From positions 1,891 to 65,890 of the forward strand of contig CAYYPD010000001.1 in NCBI GenBank assembly GCA_964473445.1: 64,000 nucleotides of DNA, read 5' to 3'. Within the stretch, counting starts at the first letter, position 1, and each line of letters starts with the position of its first letter. A program made the translations under genes and the position numbers. Positions 37,442 through 47,096 of the stretch are shown piece by piece. The notes under the pieces were generated by a model, which did not search any database, was not told where the DNA came from, and was given only the letters and a program-made list of their open reading frames with translations. The DNA comes from an uncultured Muribaculaceae bacterium. Lineage in GTDB: Bacteria > Cyanobacteriota > Vampirovibrionia > Gastranaerophilales > Gastranaerophilaceae.

Positions 37442-38008
37442 TTATTCAAGTTCTATCAGCCAAGTATCAATATCATTTTGAACAGAGTTGCCGCCACGTC
37501 CTGCAACAACAAACGGGTTTAAAACTTTTGAACCTTTTGCAAGTTTCCCCATATTTTCTGCAATTGTGTATTTACCGCCCCCGCCGTGGGTAATAAACGG
37601 AACAATTGTTTTGCCTTCAAAATTATTTTCGGTTAAGAATGTCTTTACGGCAGGTGCCATTTCGTACCACCAAACAGGAGTTCCGACAAATATTACATCA
37701 TAGCCGGAGACAGCACCATTATCTTTTAATTTCGGTTTAATATTTTCTTCGTGCTGTTTTTTAGCTACCCCATACGCCGCTTCATTATAATCTTCAGGAT
37801 ACGGAGTTTCGGTTTCTATTTGGAACATATCTCCGCCTACTGTATTATGAATTTTTTCAGCGATATATTTTGTGTTACCGCTCCAAGAAAAATATGCTAT
37901 TAAAATCTTTTTGTCGTTCATATTTACTCCTTCTGTTTTATTATTTGCAAATGTACATCCTGCACAAAGTATCAATATTGGTAGAATTAAAAGTAAAATC
38001 TTTTTCAT
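37442..38008 (-). CDS. Flavodoxin-like (Flavodoxin_4 type) lipoprotein
   Basis: Lipobox LILCAGC after a signal peptide, then ILIAYFSWSGNT, GTPVWWYEMAP and PFITHGGGG. Confidence 0.8.
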   Translation of the reverse strand: MKKILLLILPILILCAGCTFANNKTEGVNMNDKKILIAYFSWSGNTKYIAEKIHNTVGGDMFQIETETPYPEDYNEAAYGVAKKQHEENIKPKLKDNGAVSGYDVIFVGTPVWWYEMAPAVKTFLTENNFEGKTIVPFITHGGGGKYTIAENMGKLAKGSKVLNPFVVAGRGGNSVQNDIDTWLIELE

Positions 38009-38036
38009 TTTTTATCCTCTTATAAAATAATAATTA

Positions 38037-38417
38037 TTTACAAACTCTGTGCATATAGTATTACTCAACATAATCTGTTTGAAGCCTTTTCAAAGAACTT
38101 TCAATTGACTTTTTGATTGTTTCGGGACGAAAATCTAAAACTTGATTATTATTTTCTTCTATTGTAATACAGAATTTTGTAGCAATTTTTACTTTATCTC
38201 TAATTGGTTTTAGAGATTCACCTACTAATTCTTCATTTGTAAAAGGGTCATAAGATTCAGCAGTATCAAAGAATGTAACACCTAAGTTTTCGTAAGCGTA
38301 ACGAATTAATTTAATCATTTTGTTTTTATCCGCAGAGTCGCCGTAGCCGTGGCTCATTCCCATACAACCTAAGCCGATTGCGGAAACTTCTAAATTGCCA
38401 AGTTTTCTGTACTTCAT
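38037..38417 (-). pseudogene. Aldo/keto reductase, nonsense-mutated and 3'-truncated
   Basis: The N-terminal 118 aa are typical AKR (MKYRKLG..EVSAIGLGCMGMS..YG). An in-frame TAA (38061-38063) replaces the Leu of DY.(D/E)LYY.HR, and the frame continues YYMHRV. The sequence then ends against the next gene. Confidence 0.8.
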
Positions 38418-38728
38418 ATAAAAATCTCCTATTTGATATTTTTACTAATATCATTATTAAAAATTTTTTACAATTTTTAAAGGTACAATTCTACATAATT
38501 ATTATCTGATTCTATCACTTTTAAAGTTGATATAAATTATAATCTTAAATATCTTCGTGCAGGTTATATAAATCAATACCGCCGCTCGCTTTATACAGAC
38601 CGATTATTGATATGATTACATTGATTTTGTTGGAAACAATTTCCTTAGCTCCGGCAAGTGCTCATTTCACTACATTGTAATTCGCATTGCCTCCGCATTA
38701 CTCGGGTTTCACCCTACGGAAATTTCGC

Positions 38729-38866
38729 AAAAAAAAAGGAACTTTTTATGGTTCCTCTGAAATCTTTTTCAATTTCCTCGTGTGTTAGTAAAGGTAGTAA
38801 GTAAGGTAAGTATGAATATAAAATTTTTAATTAGGTTTTCATTTTATTTATCTGATGTTTTATCAT
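38729..38866 (-). ncRNA. Candidate sRNA, copy B of the two-copy module
   Basis: An orphan minus-strand terminator (AGGAAC-N8-GTTCCT at 38737-38756 plus a 9-U run). The identical G-free 23-mer is the complement of 38794-38816. The shared upstream motif ATACTTTATATA is the complement of 38874-38885. The 5' end is only estimated. Confidence 0.45.
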
Positions 38867-39031
38867 CTACATATATATAAAGTATATATAAAATCAATAA
38901 TTGCGTGTTTGGTTTAAATTAATTTCAATTTTTTTGAAAACCCAATTATAACAAGTATTTTAATACTTCATAAAACTTAATGATTGAATAAAAAAATTTT
39001 TTTGCTATTATTATAAAGAGGAGTTTATATT

Positions 39032-39409
39032 ATGAAAATTGCAGTTACATATCATGATGGTGTTGTTTTTCAGCACTTTGGACATACGGAAGAATTTAAA
39101 GTTTATGATGTTGAAAACGGTAAAATTGTTAATTCCCAAATAGTTTCTTCAAACGAACTCGGTCACAGCGCCCTTGCATATTTGCTTGAAGAAAACAAAA
39201 TTAATGTGTTAATTTGTGGAGGTATTGGCGGTTGTGCAATCAGTGCACTTAAAGAATACGGGATTGATTTATATGCAGGAATCTCAGGAAATGCGGATAA
39301 AGCCGTTGAAAATTATATTGCAGGTAAATTAATTCAAGTAAGTGAAGCTAATTGTTCTCACCACTCTCACAGTGAATCTGAAAATCATACCTGCGAACAT
39401 TGCCATTAA
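39032..39409 (+). CDS. NifB/NifX-family (dinitrogenase FeMo-cofactor-binding fold) protein with Cys/His-rich tail
   Basis: MKIAVT...V..HFGH...F.VYD......V........GH.....L....I.VLICGGIG. C-terminal tail CSHHSHSESENHTCEHCH. RBS AAGAGGAG. Confidence 0.7.
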   Translation: MKIAVTYHDGVVFQHFGHTEEFKVYDVENGKIVNSQIVSSNELGHSALAYLLEENKINVLICGGIGGCAISALKEYGIDLYAGISGNADKAVENYIAGKLIQVSEANCSHHSHSESENHTCEHCH

Positions 39410-39417
39410 TAACGGAA

Positions 39418-42400
39418 TTATTCGACCCATTTAAAACTTTGTACAGAGCTTGTTTCATTAATATTTCCGTTGATTATTGCTTGGAATACTCTGGATTCAT
39501 AACTGCCGTTCGTAAATGACGGTATTTTTTCTACATTTTCAACCATATCTTTTTGTTTAAAATCAAGCAATGAAATACCGGGGATTAATTTAAAGAATGT
39601 GTTTAATGACGTATTTCCTACGGTACCAAAAATGGTTGAAATTCTTTTTGAAAGTTTTCCCAAAATTTCAAAATCTGCGTTTGTTTGGCTTATATCGTAG
39701 TTTCCATGTATATATAAGCTCATGTTTTCACCTTGTGAAAATATTTCAATATCTTTTGCAATGCCGTTTTCAATACCGCAAGTTCCGTTAATATTTCTGA
39801 AATAACCTGTTTTTACCAAGTTAAGAAGCTCTAATACACTGTTTAGTGTAAAGCCTGTAATTCCGCTTTTTACAATGTTGCCTGCACGCAACAGATACTC
39901 TATTGACCCGAGCTTCGGCATTCTTCCGTCTATAACTTCAAAAAATACGAGCCCTTGAAGATTTTTTATTATCTCATTATTTGTTAAACCCTTTGACTCA
40001 AGTAAAATTTTGCCCTTCGCATTTCCGTATATCTGGTTTCTACTGTCAAACAGTGTTTCTGCAACATAATTTGCATCAACATTATTAAGTTCAAAATCAC
40101 CTTTCATTGTTGAGTCAGATAAATTATAGTTAATTTTTCCGTTTATTACGCCTTGTCCGACTTCTAATTTCATATTGTCCGCCGTAAACATACCGTTTTT
40201 GTTTATGTTAAAGTCGGAACTGAAATTATTTGCGGTCATTGATTTTATTACGAGTTCTTTTATTTCAAGTTTACCGTTTTCAACTGATAAGCCGGAAAGG
40301 TCAAGGCTTTTGAAATTATTTTTCGTGTTCATTGCATTATGTGTTTGAGAAAGGTTTCTGAACAACATATTGTCATTTATTTTATCAGCATATATATCTA
40401 AAGACTTTATAACAGGTCTTACGGTTATTTCATTTTCAAGTACGGATTTTACACTTATTTTAGAATCGGAGATAAACCCGAAGAGTCTGATATCAACTGT
40501 ATTATTATTTCCGTCAATATTGATTTTCTTGATTGTAATATCGTGTAAAGGGATATTTAAACTTTGACAATCAACGTTTCCAAGCAATTTACCGACATTT
40601 GTTTTTACATCATTATAATATTTAATATCTGAACTGATATTTCCCTGAGAAAATACTTTATTTTTGAAAAATACATTTAATAAATTTGCAGATAAATTTT
40701 TGTTTGTTTTAAAGAAAACTTTTTCCGGTATAAATTTATTATTATTTAATATGAAATCTCCGCTTAAAGTTGCAAAGTTTATCGGGTTAGACTTATTGTT
40801 TTGAGAGGAGATGTATTTAATATAATCAAACTGTTTTATGTTAATTTTATTCGGAGTTATATTTACAACACCTTTAAACTCTCGTTTATCTGCTGTTTCT
40901 CCAAAATCAGTATTATCATAAATAACATCAGCCCCTTGGTTTAACGTTAGTCTCGGCTCAAAATGTAAATTGTTCGAAGTACCTGAAAAATCGGCAGATA
41001 AACTAATATCTCCTTTTAGTTGAATTTTATTGATGAAATCATTTTTTATATAATCCCGCAAAAATTCATTTGTCATTTTTGAGGTTATATAACCGCTAAA
41101 TTTAGGATTTTTCATATAATCGGATATGCTGAAATTCCCAAAGAATGGCATTGAGCCGATATTTGCAGTCATATTATCAATATATATTTTATCTTTTTTA
41201 AAGTTAACCAAAATGTCGTCAAAAATCATCGGAATATCTGTTTTTGAGTGAGTCATAGATAATCCGTTCAAGTTCAGGTTCCCGTCTAAAAGGTTCTCTT
41301 TGATTGCTACGTCAATATTTGCAATACCTTTATAGTTTTTAAATTGAGTAAATATATTTCTCAACTCTTTTGGCATTATTGTAATTTTAGATGTATCATT
41401 TAATTTTTCAAGATTAAGCCTGTCCGATTTAATTTTTAAATTATAAATCGGATTAACAGTATCAACATTTCGAACTTCACCTGACACATTCAAATCAGAA
41501 TCATAAAAGCCGATATTTACATCGTTAACTTTTACTTTTGCATTTTCCATTACAACCTTACCCGATTTTGCTTTTATCGGATTATCAGCTTTATCAGGGA
41601 TAAAATTCATCACGGCATAGGCTTTATCCATAAGAAAATCAATAGATTTTGCCTTATATTTGAAATATAAATCGTGTTTTGATGCAATATCATATAACAA
41701 TGATAAATCGGGATATTCTTTCGGATACAGATAAGCTTTTGTTAAGAACTTAATTGTATCTTTAAGATTTACGGATTTACTTGTGATAACGATATCAACA
41801 TCAGGAACTTTTGTTGCCATATCCGTTAATATTTGCCCGTCAATTTTTAAAGGAGATGTGCCGACAATGCCTGTTAAACCTTGTAAATTAACAAGTGTTT
41901 CCGTAAAATTAACAATTCCTTTTACTTTTTCAATCGGAGTATAAAATCCCTCAATTTTACATTCATCACCCAAAAGATAAACGGCACCATTAACTTTCAT
42001 ATCTTCAAATGCTTCTTCCGGAGGAAGAGGTGCATGTCCGTACGGAACAGGGACTATTTTAGATTTAATATTAACAAATAACCTGATAGGTCCTGAGGCA
42101 TCCGTCAGTATAGCAAGACCTTGTTTTACATCTTTAAGAAGTTCACTTTTATTTATTATCTCAAGCACATCATCAGCTTGAGCGACAGGTGTTGAAATAT
42201 TAAAATCAAGATTTTCGTTGATTTTTACTTTGCCCTCTATCTCTAAAGGATTATTTTTCACAAGAGCACGTTCGGATTTAAAAGAAATAATGTCATCATT
42301 AAAATCAACACGTCCTTTTCCGTCTTTTACTTCACCAAATAAACCGTTGTAAGTAATTTGTGCATAGTCAAATGAGCCTGACCCTTTTATGTGTGCCTCT

Positions 42401-43935
42401 TCTATTGACGCTAAAACTTCAAGATTAACGGTTCCTTTGCCTTTTTTTATGTCCATTTCAAAAAGAGGACCAAGCTGCATATTAAAAACTTTAGCAATCG
42501 GAATCAGTATTTTTTGAGCAATAGGAAAATCTACGTTATTTGTAGTTTTAACAAAAATGTGGTTTAATCCCTCTCTAAACAAGTATGTATAACCGGTTAT
42601 TTTAGCATTCTGTTTGTCTTCCAGTTCAACAAGAATATCCATATCCATTGTACGCTTGTTAAATACAAAATCTAAAGTTCCTTTATGGGTGTGGTGTAAT
42701 GATTTATCTAAAACATGAACATTCCTTGCCTTTATGTAACCTGTTATATCAGGTTTCGGGCATTTACCTTTTACATTAACTTTACCCTCTACATCACCAT
42801 AAACCTCGTACATTTTTGCCTTTTCCGTTGTCCTTAGTTCAGGCGGTAAGTTTGGCGGTAATAAAGGAAGAATATTTTCTGCTTTTGATTTCGGAACATC
42901 AATGTTTATATCAAGTTCAACTGTTTCCGCAAGTTTTACTGTTCCGTCAGCCTTCGCACTTACTTGATTTGCATTATAACCAAAATTTTTAATTTCAATT
43001 AACCCGTCACTTATTTCAAGATTTGCATTGAATTTATTTGCACCTTCTGCAATAACCTTATTGTTCCACCCTACTCTTGAATAAATGACATCATTTAAAG
43101 TTGTATTTAGAATTACTCTGTTTTCATTATCATCATTTATTGTTGATGAGAGCTGGAAAAATTCAATAAAACCTGAAAGTTCTGTTATACCATTATCTAA
43201 GTACGCTTTTATAAACGGTTGCAAAGTACTTAAATCAATGCCGTATGCTTTGATATCCCCTTTAAGCATATCTGCTTTGATTTTTTTAGAAAACGGGAAT
43301 TCGGATATTATATTTATATCAAAATCGCTTTTTTTGTCATCTTGTACGATAGAGCCTTTTGTAATTAAATTGCAATTGTGTTTTTTGGAATTAAAGTTAA
43401 AATTCAATAATTCGGTATTAAGAGAAACCTCTTTATTCAAAAGCTCGTCTTCAAAATTCAAACTTAATTCTGATATGTTTAAGTTTGAATTTTTAATAAT
43501 AAACTTAAATTTATTTTTATTTTTTGACGGGAATAATTTTTGAAAATTATAATTACCTTGTTTATCTTTAATTATGTTTGAATTGAATAAATCGGCTGAT
43601 AAGTCCGTGAATTGTACTTTCTTCTTTATTAGAGGCAATAGTTTTAAAGTTACCTTAGTATTTGAAGTATTAATAAAAATTTCTTCCGTATTTTTGTCCG
43701 ATAACATCATTAAATCGGCAGACAGGGATATTGCAGGCAGAAAATGAGTCCTTATTTTAACATTTGAATAATCTAATTTTGCATTTGTTTTACTGCTTAT
43801 CAAATTTTGAAAATAATCGGTTTCCAAAAATTTATTCGCAATAATCGGAAGAACAAATAAGTATGTACACTCAAGCACACAGACAACTATTATTAACTTG
43901 AACAATTTTCTCATTAAGCGATTATTGAATTGCAT
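39418..43935 (-). CDS. tamB: TamB/AsmA-like giant outer-membrane biogenesis protein
   Basis: About 1505 aa with a single N-terminal TM anchor (LFKLIIVVCVLECTYLFVLPIIA), then a long beta-rich Asn/Lys-rich region, in the context of LPS/OM genes. The start is moved to MQFNNRL at 43935. The track starts at 44025. Confidence 0.55.
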   Translation of the reverse strand: MQFNNRLMRKLFKLIIVVCVLECTYLFVLPIIANKFLETDYFQNLISSKTNAKLDYSNVKIRTHFLPAISLSADLMMLSDKNTEEIFINTSNTKVTLKLLPLIKKKVQFTDLSADLFNSNIIKDKQGNYNFQKLFPSKNKNKFKFIIKNSNLNISELSLNFEDELLNKEVSLNTELLNFNFNSKKHNCNLITKGSIVQDDKKSDFDINIISEFPFSKKIKADMLKGDIKAYGIDLSTLQPFIKAYLDNGITELSGFIEFFQLSSTINDDNENRVILNTTLNDVIYSRVGWNNKVIAEGANKFNANLEISDGLIEIKNFGYNANQVSAKADGTVKLAETVELDINIDVPKSKAENILPLLPPNLPPELRTTEKAKMYEVYGDVEGKVNVKGKCPKPDITGYIKARNVHVLDKSLHHTHKGTLDFVFNKRTMDMDILVELEDKQNAKITGYTYLFREGLNHIFVKTTNNVDFPIAQKILIPIAKVFNMQLGPLFEMDIKKGKGTVNLEVLASIEEAHIKGSGSFDYAQITYNGLFGEVKDGKGRVDFNDDIISFKSERALVKNNPLEIEGKVKINENLDFNISTPVAQADDVLEIINKSELLKDVKQGLAILTDASGPIRLFVNIKSKIVPVPYGHAPLPPEEAFEDMKVNGAVYLLGDECKIEGFYTPIEKVKGIVNFTETLVNLQGLTGIVGTSPLKIDGQILTDMATKVPDVDIVITSKSVNLKDTIKFLTKAYLYPKEYPDLSLLYDIASKHDLYFKYKAKSIDFLMDKAYAVMNFIPDKADNPIKAKSGKVVMENAKVKVNDVNIGFYDSDLNVSGEVRNVDTVNPIYNLKIKSDRLNLEKLNDTSKITIMPKELRNIFTQFKNYKGIANIDVAIKENLLDGNLNLNGLSMTHSKTDIPMIFDDILVNFKKDKIYIDNMTANIGSMPFFGNFSISDYMKNPKFSGYITSKMTNEFLRDYIKNDFINKIQLKGDISLSADFSGTSNNLHFEPRLTLNQGADVIYDNTDFGETADKREFKGVVNITPNKINIKQFDYIKYISSQNNKSNPINFATLSGDFILNNNKFIPEKVFFKTNKNLSANLLNVFFKNKVFSQGNISSDIKYYNDVKTNVGKLLGNVDCQSLNIPLHDITIKKINIDGNNNTVDIRLFGFISDSKISVKSVLENEITVRPVIKSLDIYADKINDNMLFRNLSQTHNAMNTKNNFKSLDLSGLSVENGKLEIKELVIKSMTANNFSSDFNINKNGMFTADNMKLEVGQGVINGKINYNLSDSTMKGDFELNNVDANYVAETLFDSRNQIYGNAKGKILLESKGLTNNEIIKNLQGLVFFEVIDGRMPKLGSIEYLLRAGNIVKSGITGFTLNSVLELLNLVKTGYFRNINGTCGIENGIAKDIEIFSQGENMSLYIHGNYDISQTNADFEILGKLSKRISTIFGTVGNTSLNTFFKLIPGISLLDFKQKDMVENVEKIPSFTNGSYESRVFQAIINGNINETSSVQSFKWVE

Positions 43936-44058
43936 ATATCTACCGATGATAAAATACTTTATATAAATTATATTATCTTCAAAGTAAAAGTACAAACAAT
44001 TTACCAATTTTGCAAAATACTGCAATTGTTGTAAAATTAGTGTAGTAATAAGAAATAA

Positions 44059-46191
44059 GTGAATATTATGAAAAAACTCAATATAGAAAAAAATTTAGAA
44101 TATTTTAAATCGCCGAAAAGATTAACAAATCTGGCATTAATCATTTCTTTCACATTAGTTTTTACGGGCATATTAGTTTCAAAATACTTTTTCTTTCAGC
44201 CGATTTTAGATGCTGATAACACAAGTAAAGTAATGGTAGTTGCACCTAAAAACATTGAAGTTATTGATACGATAAAAACGGAAGTTCGTAGAAAAGAAGT
44301 CGCTCAAAAGGTTGATTTTATTTATACTCCCGGGGATGACATCTACATAAAAAACAACTTAAACGAATTTATCGAGCAAATAAAAAATATCAGACACAGT
44401 GATTTAAGTGAATATGAAAAGAAAAAAGAACTTGAAGTTGTTCTTGATTTATCGGATGTTTCGTCAAGAGCAATGGTAGTAGGATTTTTCTTAAATGCAA
44501 ATGAAGAAGCGTTGAATAAAGTTTTTGATATTTCAAACGGTACCTTGATTAATGTATTAAGTGAAGGTATTACTGAAAAAGATTTGGAAGAAAACAATCT
44601 TGCAAAAATTATAAGAAGAAATATTGACCTAAATACTACAAATAAAGAAGTAAGAATAATAACTTATTTATTGGAGCAAGTTATTGTTCCAAATATGATT
44701 GTGGATGAAGAAGCTACCGCAAATGCCAGAAAAAATGCAAGAGATACGGTTTCTCCGATTAAAGTAAAATTCAATAAAGGTGATACGATTATAAAAGTCG
44801 GGGAACCTGTTACACAAGTAAAGAAAGAGGCATTGAGCAAAGCAGGCTATAATATTTTAAGAATTAATTATAAAGGTATTCTGGGAATTTTATGCCTTGT
44901 CGGTATCGGTATATTCTCGATATTCGGCTACATGAAGTATTTTGAGCCTAAACTCCTGACTAAAAGACACATGTCCCTGGTTGCAGTTTTATCACTACTG
45001 ATTGCTGCACTGGCAACAGTTTTACCTGTTAACTGGTCGGTATTTATACTTCCGTTCCCGTTCTTTGCTATTATTTTATCGGTATTTTTAAATCCGAGAA
45101 CATCATTTTTCATAACGGTTACACTGCTTACTATCATTACATTGTCTTTGCAATTCTCGGCATTGGCTATGTCAGTATTTATATTGTCTGTAATCGTTGC
45201 CACAATAGGTATGACAATAATAAAATATTCAAGAAGATATGATTTAATAAAAGTTGGAGCTTATACTTCACTTTCAATGTTAATAATTATTTTATGCGTA
45301 TATTATGATTTAGGCTTTGACAGATTAATTCAAGATATTTTAGCAGGTATCTTGAACGGATTTTTATCAGGGGTTTTTGCAGTCGGCATACTTCCGTTCT
45401 TAGAAAACTGGTTTAAAGTAATTACTCAATTCGGATTGGCAGAATTAGGAGATTATAATCAACCGTTACTTAAAAAATTGCATGAAGCTGCCCCGGGAAC
45501 ATTTGAACACAGTTTAAGAGTTTCCAATTTGGCAGAGTCAGCAGCTGAAGCAATCGGGGCGAACCCTGTTTTAGCAAGAGTCGGGGCTTTATATCACGAT
45601 ATAGGGAAAATTGTTCGGCCTCTGTTCTTTGTAGAAAACCAAACATATAGCGGAATAGAGAACCCTCATGAAAAATTGACGCCCCGTTCAAGCAAAATGA
45701 TTATCACATCACACACAAAAGACGGTCTTGCTTATGCAAAAGAATATAATATTCCGGAAGTTATTCAAGACTTTATCATTCAACACCACGGAGATTCTTT
45801 GGCAAGCTACTTCTATAATCAGGCAGTAGCACAAGAAGGGGCTGAAAATGTTAAAGAAGAACAATTCCGTTATACAGGACCAAAACCGAATACAAAAGAA
45901 ACCGCAATATTAATGATTGCAGATGCTGTTGAATCAGCTTCAAGAACATTAAAAGACCACTCTCAAGAAGAGCTGGATGCTTTAATACACAAAATTATCA
46001 AAGACAGATTAGATGATAATCAATTATCTGATAGCCCATTGACATTAAAAGACATAAAAATAATTGCAGAAACTCTTTCAAGAGTACTTCGTTCCGTATT
46101 CCACAAGAGAATTAAGTATCAAGAAGCAATTGAAGATATTCAAAATAAAGAGAAAATGAAACAAGATGAAACCGGCAAAAACGAAAATTAA
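44059..46191 (+). CDS. pgpH: 7TM-HD membrane phosphohydrolase (PgpH/YqfF family, c-di-AMP phosphodiesterase type)
   Basis: An extracellular N-terminal domain, 7 TM helices, and an HD domain (FEHSLRV, ALYHDIGK, HH). Start is GTG 44059 or ATG 44068. Confidence 0.85.
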   Translation: MNIMKKLNIEKNLEYFKSPKRLTNLALIISFTLVFTGILVSKYFFFQPILDADNTSKVMVVAPKNIEVIDTIKTEVRRKEVAQKVDFIYTPGDDIYIKNNLNEFIEQIKNIRHSDLSEYEKKKELEVVLDLSDVSSRAMVVGFFLNANEEALNKVFDISNGTLINVLSEGITEKDLEENNLAKIIRRNIDLNTTNKEVRIITYLLEQVIVPNMIVDEEATANARKNARDTVSPIKVKFNKGDTIIKVGEPVTQVKKEALSKAGYNILRINYKGILGILCLVGIGIFSIFGYMKYFEPKLLTKRHMSLVAVLSLLIAALATVLPVNWSVFILPFPFFAIILSVFLNPRTSFFITVTLLTIITLSLQFSALAMSVFILSVIVATIGMTIIKYSRRYDLIKVGAYTSLSMLIIILCVYYDLGFDRLIQDILAGILNGFLSGVFAVGILPFLENWFKVITQFGLAELGDYNQPLLKKLHEAAPGTFEHSLRVSNLAESAAEAIGANPVLARVGALYHDIGKIVRPLFFVENQTYSGIENPHEKLTPRSSKMIITSHTKDGLAYAKEYNIPEVIQDFIIQHHGDSLASYFYNQAVAQEGAENVKEEQFRYTGPKPNTKETAILMIADAVESASRTLKDHSQEELDALIHKIIKDRLDDNQLSDSPLTLKDIKIIAETLSRVLRSVFHKRIKYQEAIEDIQNKEKMKQDETGKNEN

Positions 46192-46678
46192 TATTTTTAT
46201 AGAAAACTTATATGAAAGCTACAATATTGATGAAGTAAAAATTTATAACAATGTTGTTAAAATTGCCGATTATATTTTTGAGCAAAAAAATGTTATGGAT
46301 TTATCTTGCCTTGTAAATGAAAAATATTCACAAGTCTTTTGGGATATTGTTTTAACTACAAATGAAAATATCCACAGGATAAACAAAGAATACAGACATA
46401 AAGATTCTCCGACTGATGTAATTACTTTTGCTATATTTGCAGACTCATCGGAAGAAGAAAGATTTATCATAGACGGAGAAATTCATCTTGGGGAAATTGT
46501 TGTTTCATTAGATAAAATTGAAACACAGGCAAAAGAAAATAATACTGCTTTTGAAGATGAACTTTACTACATAATAGCCCACGGGATATTGCACCTGCTA
46601 GGTTTTGACCACCAAAGAGAAGAAGATTATAATTTCATGGTAGAGGTACAAAATAAAGCAAAGGCAGTTGTAAAATGA
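46166..46678 (+). CDS. ybeY: rRNA maturation RNase YbeY
   Basis: HGILHLLGFDH zinc motif. Its stop is TGA within an ATGA overlap with dgkA. This is the only TGA stop I see in the window. Confidence 0.9.
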   Translation: MKPAKTKINIFIENLYESYNIDEVKIYNNVVKIADYIFEQKNVMDLSCLVNEKYSQVFWDIVLTTNENIHRINKEYRHKDSPTDVITFAIFADSSEEERFIIDGEIHLGEIVVSLDKIETQAKENNTAFEDELYYIIAHGILHLLGFDHQREEDYNFMVEVQNKAKAVVK

Positions 46679-47052
46679 CAAGATTTAAGTCATCAGGAGT
46701 GGCTGAAAGTATATCAAACGCAGTTAGGGGTTTAAAATTAGCAATAAGCTCACAACGAAATTTTGTTATTGAAGTTATAATTGCGATAATTGCATTTGTA
46801 CCGGCAATTATCCTTGGATTTACTTCTACAGATAAATGCATATTGCTTATTATGATTGCAATTGTTCTTGTTTGCGAAATGCTAAATTCTGTAATAGAGT
46901 TTACCCTTGATGCAGTTTATAAGAACAATTACTCTAAACTTGTAGAAATGGCAAAAGATATGTCAGCAGGAATGGTGCTTTTGGTCGCAATAATAAGCGT
47001 TGTTGTAGGTTTTTTTCTTTATTTCCCTTATATAATTAAATTGTTCCTCTAA
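46675..47052 (+). CDS. dgkA: Diacylglycerol/undecaprenol kinase DgkA family
   Basis: 125 aa with 3 TM helices and E.LNS.IE...D. Confidence 0.85.
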   Translation: MTRFKSSGVAESISNAVRGLKLAISSQRNFVIEVIIAIIAFVPAIILGFTSTDKCILLIMIAIVLVCEMLNSVIEFTLDAVYKNNYSKLVEMAKDMSAGMVLLVAIISVVVGFFLYFPYIIKLFL

Positions 47053-47096
47053 ATAACAATTTTTAGTAATATTTAATAGCACTATCTCTTAAAACT

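Noticed and set aside
38566-38728. A possible FMN (RFN) riboswitch near the flavoprotein genes, suggested by the minus-strand GGGTGAAACCC and GCGGCGGTA.
   Set aside because: The two elements lie about 130 nt apart, not adjacent as in the RFN core. The other conserved RFN blocks (GCCGACAG..GTCTGGATGGGAGAAGGA-type 3' half) are absent.
46676-46678. An alternative genetic code (TGA as Trp or Gly, code 4 or 25) as the explanation for the in-frame TGAs.
   Set aside because: ybeY ends naturally at this TGA in an ATGA overlap with dgkA. TGG encodes Trp throughout. Very long genes (1505, 1152 and 791 aa) contain no TGA. An independent TAA nonsense mutation in the AKR gene shows that ordinary pseudogenisation occurs here.
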